Position numbers and translations under genes: made by a program. From Minisyncoccota bacterium (lineage in GTDB: Bacteria > Patescibacteriota > Minisyncoccia > UBA6257 > GWB1-50-10): a stretch of DNA of 64,000 bases. The notes under the pieces are model-generated. The model ran no database searches, was not told the DNA's origin, and was given only the letters and a program-made list of their open reading frames with translations. Below are positions 24,822-33,267 of the stretch, piece by piece (positions within the stretch are counted from its first letter, which is position 1; each line of letters begins with the position of its first letter). The DNA is taken from assembly GCA_041917695.1 (NCBI GenBank), contig JAYRXE010000037.1, positions 2,155 through 66,154 of the forward strand, given 5' to 3'.

Positions 24822-27313
24822 CCTTCATTTTCCGCGACAAGCGCTTTTTCTTTTCGGTCGTTGAGGAGGCGATATTCCATATCCTTTCCTACGCGACGTA
24901 TGTCTGCCTCGGTGCGGCGGCGTTCATCCTGCTTTTTTCCGATATTCCGCCCCTCCGGTGGTTTGGCCTCCTCATCTTTCTTTTTCTCGCCGATCGGGCG
25001 TTCCAGATCGGAAAGGGGGAACGGAAGCTCTGGCAACTTCACGGCAAACCGCCTGTGAATGTCGCGCGCGCCGCAACTCCGCGGACCGTCGCCATCCTTC
25101 ACCGCGCCTTCCGTACCGCGCAGGCGACGGGAGAAGATATCGGGTTTCTCATCCTCGGCGAGCTTTTAAAAGAGGGGCAGATGAAGCACATCCTTCTGCG
25201 TTTGGGCACCAACCACAAGGAATTTGCGGAAAAAGCTTCTGAATACGGGGAGCATGCGCCATTGCTCACCCGGACTGAGCGCGAAGCGTTCGATGAAATC
25301 GAAAGCATTGCGCTTGCCGCCGCAAAAAACGCCGCCCGCCTGCGGGACCCGTACATCTATCCGGCAAACCTTTTTGCCGCGCTTTTCGAGCATCCTTCGC
25401 CGGCGCTTTCGAAGCTTTTCTATCTTTTCGAGATGGATGCGCGCGATGCGGAATCCGCCCCGCTCTTTAAGCGCGTGGGCCTCTCGACCCGCGCGCTCCG
25501 GGCGCTCCGAACATTTTCCTTTTTTGCCCCTGCTCCGCGCAGGGAAAGGGGAAAGACGATGAACCGTGCGTGGACCGCCCGGCCGACCCCTCTCTTGGAC
25601 AGCTGGAGTGAGGACGTGACCGCGCTTGCCGAAGCGGGAGCTGTCGGTTTCCTCGTGGGACACGACAAAGAATATGAAACGCTTGTTTCCATACTCGCGA
25701 AGCCCGGGAGACCGAATGCCATTCTTGTGGGCGAGGCGGGAGCGGGAAAATCGACGCTTATCGAGCACTTGGCGCTCCAAATGGCGCGCGACGAAGCGCC
25801 GAAGGCCTTTTTCGACAAGCGCCTCGTTTCGTTGAACCTTGCCGAGCTTATGTCGGGTGCGGACGTGAAGGTGATCAGCGAACGGTTGAAGCGCGTGACG
25901 GAAGAAATCTTGCGGGCGGGCAATGTGGTGCTTGCCATCATGAACGCCGAGGAGCTTTTCAAATCCGAGACCGCACGCGCCGCAGAGCCGATCGACTTTC
26001 TCCTTCCCGTCATCGAATCCGGCGACATCCCCGTCATTGCGGCCGCGAACACCCGGGAATTCAAGCGTCTCATCGAACCCCGCTCGGATTTTTTGAAGTT
26101 ATTTGAAATCGTCCGCGTCGAGGAGGTCACGGAGGAGGAAGCGGTCCGCTTTTTGGTCCGGGAGAGCCTCTATCTTGAACGGGAGTTTTCCCTGCCGATT
26201 ACTTTCCGCGCCATGCGGAAGTCCGCGGAGCTTGCCAAGCGCTATTTCCGTTCGCGTCTTTTGCCGGGAAGCGCTCTCGATCTTTTGAAACAATCGGCTG
26301 CGGAGGCGGCGAAGCGCCGCGAACGGACGCTGACCGGCGAGTTGGTGGTCGAGGTGGCTGAACGGCAAAGTAAGGTTCCGATCCAGAAAGCGGACGCCAA
26401 GGAAGCGGAGAAGCTCTTGAATCTGGAGACGCGCATCCATGAACGCCTCGTAAACCAAACTGAGGCCGTCTCCGCGGTTTCCCGGGCGCTCCGCGAATTC
26501 CGGAGCGGCCTTTCCCGCTCCGGAAGCCCCATCGCCTCGTTCCTTTTTGTCGGTCCCACGGGCGTCGGAAAGACGGAGCTTGCAAAGACGCTTGCCGCGA
26601 TTCAGTTCGGTTCCGAATCGCTTATGCGCCGTTTCGACATGTCCGAATACCAGGACAAACAGTCGCTGTATCGCTTGATTGGCACCCCCGACGGTTCGAA
26701 AACCGGCCTCCTCACCGATGCCATTCTCGAAAATCCGTATAGTCTCGTGCTCCTCGACGAATTCGAGAAAGCCCATCCCGATATCCTGAACCTCTTTCTC
26801 CAGGTGCTCGACGACGGACGGCTTACCGATTCCTCCGGCAGGACGGCCGATTTTGAAAACGTCATTATCATCGCGACGTCAAACGCGCATTCCGATTTCA
26901 TCAAGTCGGAAATCGAGCGGAAGGTTTCCCCGGGCGAGCTCGCGGAAAGCGTGAAGGCGAAGCTCACGGAAGTTTTCCGTCCCGAACTCGTGAACCGGTT
27001 TTCGGATATCGTCGTTTTCCGCCCCCTTACGCCTGCGGAGATTGAAGAAGTCGCCTCGCGCATGCTTGCAAGTCTCTGCGAACAGATTCTCTCGACCCAC
27101 GGGATTCGTCTCTCGATCGATACCGCCGCGGTGAAGCGCATTGCGGAGATCGGGTACAGCCCCGTTTTCGGTTCCCGCCCTCTCCGCCAGGCGATTTCGG
27201 AAAATATCCGGGGCGCTTTGGCGGAGAAGCTTTTGAAAAAAGAAATCGGCCGGGGCAATTCCCTCCGCGTCACCTATGCGCAGAACGGTTTTGCCTGGAC
27301 CGTGGTAGAATAA
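24818..27313 (+). CDS. membrane-anchored ClpA/ClpB-family AAA+ ATPase with degenerate first nucleotide-binding domain
   Basis: Two N-terminal TM helices. D1 has an atypical Walker A (GEAGAGKST) and no DExx Walker B. D2 is canonical (GPTGVGKTELAKTLA, LLDEFEKAH, a sensor region and a C-terminal D2-small domain). Confidence 0.75.
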   Translation: MTFIFRDKRFFFSVVEEAIFHILSYATYVCLGAAAFILLFSDIPPLRWFGLLIFLFLADRAFQIGKGERKLWQLHGKPPVNVARAATPRTVAILHRAFRTAQATGEDIGFLILGELLKEGQMKHILLRLGTNHKEFAEKASEYGEHAPLLTRTEREAFDEIESIALAAAKNAARLRDPYIYPANLFAALFEHPSPALSKLFYLFEMDARDAESAPLFKRVGLSTRALRALRTFSFFAPAPRRERGKTMNRAWTARPTPLLDSWSEDVTALAEAGAVGFLVGHDKEYETLVSILAKPGRPNAILVGEAGAGKSTLIEHLALQMARDEAPKAFFDKRLVSLNLAELMSGADVKVISERLKRVTEEILRAGNVVLAIMNAEELFKSETARAAEPIDFLLPVIESGDIPVIAAANTREFKRLIEPRSDFLKLFEIVRVEEVTEEEAVRFLVRESLYLEREFSLPITFRAMRKSAELAKRYFRSRLLPGSALDLLKQSAAEAAKRRERTLTGELVVEVAERQSKVPIQKADAKEAEKLLNLETRIHERLVNQTEAVSAVSRALREFRSGLSRSGSPIASFLFVGPTGVGKTELAKTLAAIQFGSESLMRRFDMSEYQDKQSLYRLIGTPDGSKTGLLTDAILENPYSLVLLDEFEKAHPDILNLFLQVLDDGRLTDSSGRTADFENVIIIATSNAHSDFIKSEIERKVSPGELAESVKAKLTEVFRPELVNRFSDIVVFRPLTPAEIEEVASRMLASLCEQILSTHGIRLSIDTAAVKRIAEIGYSPVFGSRPLRQAISENIRGALAEKLLKKEIGRGNSLRVTYAQNGFAWTVVE

Positions 27314-27317
27314 GCGA

Positions 27318-27821
27318 ATGGAACGAGAGGTATCCGGAGGAATCATCATTTTTCAGCGCACCCCTGAAGGTCCGCGCTTCCTCTTGCTCTTCCGGGGGTA
27401 TTGGAACTTCCCGAAGGGCAAGCTTGAGGCCGGGGAGAAGGCTTTCCGCGCCGCTTTGCGCGAAGTGTGGGAGGAAACAGGCATCCGTTCGAAGGACCTT
27501 GCCTTCGTGAATTGGTTCAAAGCCCAGGACCGGTATGTTTTCCGGAGCCGGAAGAGCGGGGAAAAGGTTTTGAAAACCGTCAGTTTTTATCTCGCGGAAA
27601 CGACCGAGAGCCGCGTGCGCCTGTCTCCCGAACAGCAGGGCTACGGGTGGTTTTTATACCGCGAAGCGTTGCGGATTCTCACCGTCCCGAATTCGAAGCA
27701 TAATTTACGGAAAGCCTATGGCATTATCACACGCAAGCGCGGTGTACGCCGTGACGAGCCGCATCCCAAAAGGGAAGGTGGCAACGTACGCCCAAATAGC
27801 GAAAGCCCTCGGCAGCCCTAA
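27318..27821 (+). CDS. NUDIX hydrolase
   Basis: Nudix box GKLEAGEKAFRAALREVWEETGI. Its 3' end overlaps the next gene by about 100 nt. Confidence 0.8.
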   Translation: MEREVSGGIIIFQRTPEGPRFLLLFRGYWNFPKGKLEAGEKAFRAALREVWEETGIRSKDLAFVNWFKAQDRYVFRSRKSGEKVLKTVSFYLAETTESRVRLSPEQQGYGWFLYREALRILTVPNSKHNLRKAYGIITRKRGVRRDEPHPKREGGNVRPNSESPRQP

Positions 27822-28026
27822 ATCGGCGCGCGCGGTCGGCAATGCCTTAAACAAGAACCCGTTTCCCGGCGAACGGGTTCCGTGCCATCGGGTGGTGAGA
27901 AGCGACGGCACGGTTGGCGGCTTTATGAGCGGCACGGGAAAAAAAATCGCGCTCCTGCGGCGCGAGGGGGTGGAAATGAAAAACGGAAAGATCGATCTTT
28001 CCGTTTTCGGGGTAAAAAAACTCTGA
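27718..28026 (+). CDS. methylated-DNA-[protein]-cysteine S-methyltransferase (Ogt-like, stand-alone C-terminal domain)
   Basis: Active-site PCHRVV and an HTH (YAQIAKALGSPKSARAVGNA). Confidence 0.8.
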   Translation: MALSHASAVYAVTSRIPKGKVATYAQIAKALGSPKSARAVGNALNKNPFPGERVPCHRVVRSDGTVGGFMSGTGKKIALLRREGVEMKNGKIDLSVFGVKKL

Positions 28027-28027
28027 T

Positions 28028-28372
28028 TTATTTAACCGATTCCACGATTTTTCCGAAGACTTTCGGTTCGTGTTCCGCGAGATGGGCGAGGATTTTCCGG
28101 TCGAGGACGATGCCGTTCTTTTTGAGTCGTCCCATGAGGACGCTGTAGCTCATGCCGTGCTCCTTCGCCGCCGCGCCCATTTTGACCTGCCAGGTCGCCC
28201 GTGCGGTGCGCTTCTTTTCCTTGCGGCCCTTGAAGGCGCGCGACATCGAGTGGAGGAGCGCTTCCTTGGCGGCACGCTCCTTCGATTTGCGGCCCCACTT
28301 GAAGCCTTTTGTCTTTTTGAGGACTTTGCGGCGCTTTTTTGTCGCGATTGTCCCTCTTTTTACGCGTGTCAT
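28028..28372 (-). CDS. rplT: 50S ribosomal protein L20
   Basis: MTRVKRGTIATKKRRKVLKKTKGF. Confidence 0.92.
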   Translation of the reverse strand: MTRVKRGTIATKKRRKVLKKTKGFKWGRKSKERAAKEALLHSMSRAFKGRKEKKRTARATWQVKMGAAAKEHGMSYSVLMGRLKKNGIVLDRKILAHLAEHEPKVFGKIVESVK

Positions 28373-28375
28373 GGT

Positions 28376-28552
28376 TTAGTGATAGTTCTTGAGCGTCTTG
28401 GTGCGCATCACAAGGCCGCGGTTTTTCTTGCGGCGGGTGAGCTCCACGGGGCTCTTGTTCGCGCGCGAATGGCCAAGCGACCGGCGGTGGCTAGCCTTCC
28501 CGTTTTTCGTGATTTTTATGCGGCTCACGAAGCTTTTCCGAGACTTTTTCAT
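28376..28552 (-). CDS. rpmI: 50S ribosomal protein L35
   Basis: MKKSRKSFVSRIKITKNGK is L35-like. The internal ATG is chosen as start. The ORF track extends to 28600. Confidence 0.8.
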   Translation of the reverse strand: MKKSRKSFVSRIKITKNGKASHRRSLGHSRANKSPVELTRRKKNRGLVMRTKTLKNYH

Positions 28553-28608
28553 AGACGATTTAGCAGGAGTCAGAATACCAGTATTCCCCGCAAAAGGCAA
28601 TATTCGCC

Positions 28609-29109
28609 TTACTTTTTGGTGATTTGGGCAATGAATCCTCGGCCGCCCTGTTTCGGCGGGAGGGTCATTTGGAAGGGGACGGGGATTTGCGAAATGAATC
28701 CGTTGATTTTTTTTAGCGCCCAGTCCTTGTTCGCTTTTTCGCGTCCGCGGAGCGCAAGCATGATTTCAACCTTATGGCCTTCCTCGAGAAATTCGATGAG
28801 CTTCTTCATTTTCACCTGCAGGTCGCCGGCGGCGGCGCGCGCGGTGATGCGGATGCCTTTCAGTTCCTTTCCTTTCTGCGCGAGCCGCTGTTTCTTCTCC
28901 TCCTTCTCTTTCTGGTAGCGGAACTTGTCGAAGCTCATGATGCGCGCGACCGGCGGTTTCGCGCCCGACGCAATTTCAATGAGATCGAGGCCGAGCGCCC
29001 GTGCCTTCGCAATGGCCTCTTCGCGGGAGAGTACGCCGATGTTTTCGCCGTTTTCCCCGATGACGCGGACTTCAGGGGCCTGTATTTGGTTGTTGATTCG
29101 GTTTTGTAT
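28609..29109 (-). CDS. infC: translation initiation factor IF-3 with non-AUG (AUA/AUC-type) start
   Basis: C-terminal domain KFRYQKEKEEKK... In-frame upstream sequence encodes the IF3 N-domain INNQIQAPEVRVIGENGENIGVLSREEAIAKARALGLDLIEIASGAKPPVARIM with no in-frame ATG before the stop at 29113-29115. Confidence 0.8.
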   Translation of the reverse strand: MQNRINNQIQAPEVRVIGENGENIGVLSREEAIAKARALGLDLIEIASGAKPPVARIMSFDKFRYQKEKEEKKQRLAQKGKELKGIRITARAAAGDLQVKMKKLIEFLEEGHKVEIMLALRGREKANKDWALKKINGFISQIPVPFQMTLPPKQGGRGFIAQITKK

Positions 29110-29218
29110 GGTTCAATCCTACCCGATTCCTTCCAAAAGGGAAGCTCGCCCGTCCGTCACGCGCCGTCTGCCGTTGCGTTATGGAATGTGAACAAAGGTC
29201 GTTTTATCTTTTGCTTGT

Positions 29219-29638
29219 ATGAAGAAAGCATTATTTTTTTCGGCGGTTGCCGTGATGGCGATGTGGGGAGGGGTTTTTGCCCCCGGAGTTTCCGCCGCCG
29301 CGCTCTCGGCCTCCGAGCTCGCGTGCGTGCGCACTGCCGTTGAAAAGCGGGAAAACGGCATCATTGCCGCCCATACCGCTTTTGGAAGCGCAGTCGGCTC
29401 CGCCCTTCAAACGAGAAAGTCTGCACTTGTCTCCGCCTGGGGCATCGAGGACCGGAAAGCGCGGAACACCGCCCGCTACGAAGCCTGGCGCGCCTTCAAA
29501 GACGCCGTCTCCCTTGCCCGCAAAACGCACCGCACGGCGGTCGGCGGCGTCTGGGACGCCTATCGCGGCGAAGCCAAAGCGTGCAACGTCTCAGTCGAAG
29601 GGGTTGAGCCCCGTTCGGTCGACGATGTTCGTTTTTAA
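29219..29638 (+). CDS. secreted hypothetical protein
   Basis: Signal peptide MKKALFFSAVAVMAMWGGVFA. Confidence 0.5.
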   Translation: MKKALFFSAVAVMAMWGGVFAPGVSAAALSASELACVRTAVEKRENGIIAAHTAFGSAVGSALQTRKSALVSAWGIEDRKARNTARYEAWRAFKDAVSLARKTHRTAVGGVWDAYRGEAKACNVSVEGVEPRSVDDVRF

Positions 29639-29739
29639 GGCTTTTGACCAGCCGGAACGCCGAAAGCGCTTTTCTTGGCGCTTTCGGTTTTTTGTACGAT
29701 GATTTTATGTAAGGACATGAACCGTTTTCCGTCACACCT

Positions 29740-30249
29740 ATGGGCGAACTAGAGAAAAAAACATTCCTCGAGGCCTATGACGCCCATGCCGATTCGCTCT
29801 ATCGGCACGCGTACTTTAGAGTCCACGACCGCGGAAAAGCGGAGGAGCTTATGCAGGAAGCGTTTATGCGCGCGTGGGAATATTCGGGGAGCCACGGCTT
29901 GCCGCAAAATTTGCGGGCGTTTCTCTACCGGGTGCTCAACAACCTCATCATCGACGATTTCCGGAAGAAAAAACCAGCGTCCCTCGACGAGCTTTCCGAG
30001 GCGGGGTTTGAGCCTGCGGAGGAGTCGGCCGACGTCGATATCGTCGAAGTGGCGATCATCCGCGAGATGCTCGGCGAATTGCCGGACCATCATCGCGAAG
30101 TGGTCGTGATGCGTTTCATCGACGGTTTCACGCCCTCCGAGATCGCCGAGGTTACGGGGGAGCGGGAAAACACCGTCTCGGTACGCATCCACCGCGCGCT
30201 TCTCAAGCTCAAAAAAGCCTACGAAGCGAGGCAGAAAAAGGCCGCATAA
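29740..30249 (+). CDS. RNA polymerase sigma-70 factor, ECF subfamily
   Basis: Region 2 (LMQEAFMRAW) and region 4 HTH (EIAEVTGERENTVSVRIHRALLKLKK). Confidence 0.85.
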   Translation: MGELEKKTFLEAYDAHADSLYRHAYFRVHDRGKAEELMQEAFMRAWEYSGSHGLPQNLRAFLYRVLNNLIIDDFRKKKPASLDELSEAGFEPAEESADVDIVEVAIIREMLGELPDHHREVVVMRFIDGFTPSEIAEVTGERENTVSVRIHRALLKLKKAYEARQKKAA

Positions 30250-30261
30250 CCATTTATATAT

Positions 30262-31752
30262 ATGAACCCTATACATCACGAAAAATTTGAATCCGAATCG
30301 AAGCGGCTTTTTCTCGACCCCGCGCGGAAAGCGGAAATCCGGGCGAACCTCGTTTCCTTCATGGAAAAGGCTCCCGTAAGGGATGAGGTTCCCAATCGTT
30401 ATATGAATATGGGCCAGGCCTTGTCCGGCCGGCTCGAGCGAATAATGTCGCTCAAAAAGAATGTATTACGTATCATGCCTATTGCACTTATTTTGGCGCT
30501 GATTTTGGGAGGGGGCGCCACCTTTGCGGCGGAGTCGGCCCTTCCGGGCGACACGCTGTATCCTGTTAAGGTCGAAGTGAACGAGAATGTCCGCGGGTGG
30601 TTTGCCGCGTCCGACGAAGCGAAAGCCAAGTGGGAATCGGAACTCGCCGAACGCCGGCTTGAAGAAGCTGAAAAACTGGCGGCTGACGGCCGCTTGGATG
30701 CGTCAGCGACTGCCGATTTGAAATCGCGTTTTTCGGAGCATTCGGCGGAAGTGAAGAGCCGGGTCGAGGTGATGGAATCGGCGGACGATAGCCGTCCTGC
30801 CGCGCTTTCCGTGAGCTCCGATTTTGACGCTAAGCTCCGCGCACACACCGATATCCTTACCGCTCTTTCGGTGAAAAAGACTGAAGTTGCGGATGACGTG
30901 AGGGATATCGTGGCGGTAGTGAACGCCGAAGCGAACGCCGTCGCTTCCGTGAAAGCGGATGCCGAGTCGGGCATTGCCCGCGGGAACGCTGAAGCCGAAG
31001 TGAAGATTCGCGCAGCGGCCGAAGCGCGCCGGAAAGCGGCAGAGCAGAAGATCGCTGAAGCGAGAAAACTCCTTTCCGCACCGCAGGTAGCCGATGTGGC
31101 GACCTACGCTGAAGCTGAAGCGAAAATCAAACTTGCCGATGAGCTCTATGGCCAGGGCGAGGGGTATTTCAAGGCTGAGGCGTATGGCAAGGCTTTCGTT
31201 TCTTTCCAGGAAGCCTTCGCCAACGCGGTGAAAGCGTGGACGGTCCTCCGAGGGAGCGCCGCGCTCCAGGTTTCGGTGGGAAGCGCGACGACGGTAAGTC
31301 CGGGTATTGCGCCGAATCCCAATCCCAACCAGGGGCAAAAGACCCCGCAGACGGTTGCTGAGGCGAAATACCGCGAGGCCGTTTCCACCATTGCGGAAAT
31401 CAGGACTTTCATTTCGGTCCGCCTGGGCGTTATGACGGAAGAGATGGCAAAACGCGTCGAGGCCCAGTTGGCGCTTGCCGACCGCTTAGTTGCGGAAGGG
31501 AAGTCCTACTTCAGCGCCGGTGCGTATGAGAAGGCTTCCGTAAGCTTTGACGGAGCCACCGAGGCGGCGAAGGCGGTCCATAAGATCCTCTATGGCGACG
31601 ACCCGCGCGTCCCTGCGGCGGGAAATCTCGTTCCTGTTCAAAAAACGAGTCCGTCCGGCGAGGTTGAGATAGAGTTCGAGGATTCCTTGGAATCCGGCAA
31701 GAACCGCTCAAGCGGCTCCGGCAGCGGGAGCGTCGAAGTGAAACTTCGGTAA
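30262..31752 (+). CDS. single-pass membrane protein with Ala-rich coiled-coil exodomain (candidate anti-sigma / DUF5667-like)
   Basis: Immediately downstream of the ECF sigma. It has a cytoplasmic N-terminus, one TM helix and a long A/E/K-rich periplasmic domain. Confidence 0.5.
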   Translation: MNPIHHEKFESESKRLFLDPARKAEIRANLVSFMEKAPVRDEVPNRYMNMGQALSGRLERIMSLKKNVLRIMPIALILALILGGGATFAAESALPGDTLYPVKVEVNENVRGWFAASDEAKAKWESELAERRLEEAEKLAADGRLDASATADLKSRFSEHSAEVKSRVEVMESADDSRPAALSVSSDFDAKLRAHTDILTALSVKKTEVADDVRDIVAVVNAEANAVASVKADAESGIARGNAEAEVKIRAAAEARRKAAEQKIAEARKLLSAPQVADVATYAEAEAKIKLADELYGQGEGYFKAEAYGKAFVSFQEAFANAVKAWTVLRGSAALQVSVGSATTVSPGIAPNPNPNQGQKTPQTVAEAKYREAVSTIAEIRTFISVRLGVMTEEMAKRVEAQLALADRLVAEGKSYFSAGAYEKASVSFDGATEAAKAVHKILYGDDPRVPAAGNLVPVQKTSPSGEVEIEFEDSLESGKNRSSGSGSGSVEVKLR

Positions 31753-31857
31753 TTCCCGCCCTCTTAAAATCCCCCTACGCGGGGGATTTTTATTTGACTC
31801 ATCCGCCGTTTTTCGGCGATAGTGAGAGCAGAATTTTAAACAGTTGAAAGGAGGCAT

Positions 31858-32250
31858 ATGAGCCATTTGTTGTATCTTTTGGCTTCCCGCGTTCCTACTC
31901 CCATCATAATTATCCGTTTGCGCGCACCTGAACCGCCTGACGCGCGCGAGGGCGAGGTTGAGGTGGGGAATCTTTCCGACCGTGAGAAAGAGCTCTATCG
32001 CATGGCCGAAGACCTCTTTTGGGACGCGCTTCGCTTAAAAGCCTTATATAAGGAAGAGCGAAGCAGGAAGTTGCGCGAACTTTTGCTTGCCGAATCGCAA
32101 TACCTTTGCGATGAGTGCATTCGCATGGAACAGGAGCTCTATAGCCGCATCCGCTTTAAATTTCCGAGCCCCTATTTCGCAGGCCAAGTGAGAATCCGCA
32201 AGGATTATAAGATCGTCCGGGAGAAAAAGGGGAGAAGGAATTATTTGTAA
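31858..32250 (+). CDS. hypothetical protein
   Basis: ORF with a GAAAGGAGGC RBS. Confidence 0.4.
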   Translation: MSHLLYLLASRVPTPIIIIRLRAPEPPDAREGEVEVGNLSDREKELYRMAEDLFWDALRLKALYKEERSRKLRELLLAESQYLCDECIRMEQELYSRIRFKFPSPYFAGQVRIRKDYKIVREKKGRRNYL

Positions 32251-32351
32251 AAAACCGCCAGATAAGGCGGTTTTGATTTTTTATCCTTAAATCTGTATCG
32301 TGGGTAGAGTTAAATTATAAATTTTTCCATAGCATAGAAAGGAGGCGGCGT

Positions 32352-32708
32352 ATGCCCTACGGAATGAGTCAGAAAGACGTCGATTATAATCAAAGGCTTG
32401 AAAAGCAGTTTCGGAAAAAGCGGGAGATGAAAAAACTTCTGGAAGACCCCGTGTATGGCGAAAAGCTTTTGAATATGCATTGGCAGGAGACTGAGCTTGG
32501 AACGATAAGCACGCGTTCATTGAACATCCTTATTTGGGCCAAGGGAACCAGGGCTCCGCTGAAAGATATTCTTACCCTTACCGAACACAGGCTTTTATCT
32601 TTCAGAAGCTGCGGAAAAAAGTCGGTGGCTGAAATCAATGAAAAGCTCAAAGAGATGGGGTTGCATTTAGGAATGCAATTACCGGAAGAAAAAAAGATCC
32701 CCACATGA
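32352..32708 (+). CDS. stand-alone RNA polymerase alpha-subunit C-terminal-domain-like (HhH) protein
   Basis: RSLNILIWAKG...LLSFRSCGKKSVAEINEKLKEMGLHLGMQL aligns with the alphaCTD consensus RSANCLK...[28 protein letters not shown]. Confidence 0.6.
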   Translation: MPYGMSQKDVDYNQRLEKQFRKKREMKKLLEDPVYGEKLLNMHWQETELGTISTRSLNILIWAKGTRAPLKDILTLTEHRLLSFRSCGKKSVAEINEKLKEMGLHLGMQLPEEKKIPT

Positions 32709-32728
32709 CGCGGGGATTTTTCTTTTTA

Positions 32729-32886
32729 CTGTGGAGATGGTGGGAATTTCACATCGCTCCGCTCTTTGGAACCCAGCGGTTCCAATACCTCCGCCACGGG
32801 GAAACTCTCGTTTCCCTGGCCCCTTTCCTAGTTCAACTCCATATCTCCGAAATCAAATTACCTCCCATTGGGAGGTAATTTGATTC
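32729..32886 (-). repeat. tmRNA 3'-flanking structured module ending in a copy of the tmRNA acceptor 3' strand
   Basis: ctgtggagatggtgggaatttcac at 32729-32752 duplicates the ssrA 3' end at 32886. The intervening sequence shares hairpins and motifs with the modules that follow tRNA-Pro and tRNA-Lys. Confidence 0.7.
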
Positions 32887-33218
32887 TGTGGAGATGGTGG
32901 GAGTTGAACCCACGTCCGATGAGGAGCGTCCATGCGATCTACGAGCGTAGTTTCTGATTGCTCAGAGGAACGATATTCCGAACTGGATTTCTCGCTTTCC
33001 CTTCTTTGTCCGGAGGGTCCGGAAAAGCCAGCCTAAGGTATTACACCGGATGCCTCCTATTAGGCATCAGAGTCCGATGTCCGGAGCGTTACGCCGCGAA
33101 GGCGAACGCCGGAACTGCAACTTTGTTGTTGTCAGTTAGTGTTTGTGGCCGGAGTACGAGCGTGCCGTCTCGGCCCGCACGCGTGAGCGCTTTCTTACCG
33201 TCGAAGCCCGACATCCCC
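32887..33218 (-). ncRNA. ssrA: tmRNA (ssrA)
   Basis: 5' GGGGAUGUCGGGCUUCGACGG pairs with 3' CAUCUCCA. The T-arm GGUUCAACUCCC is present. The tag ORF ends ...VAVPAFAFAA-UAA. The gene is adjacent to smpB. Confidence 0.88.
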
Positions 33219-33267
33219 TAAAACATTTTACTGCGTAAAATGTTCGGGCGATCACGCGTTGCGTGAT

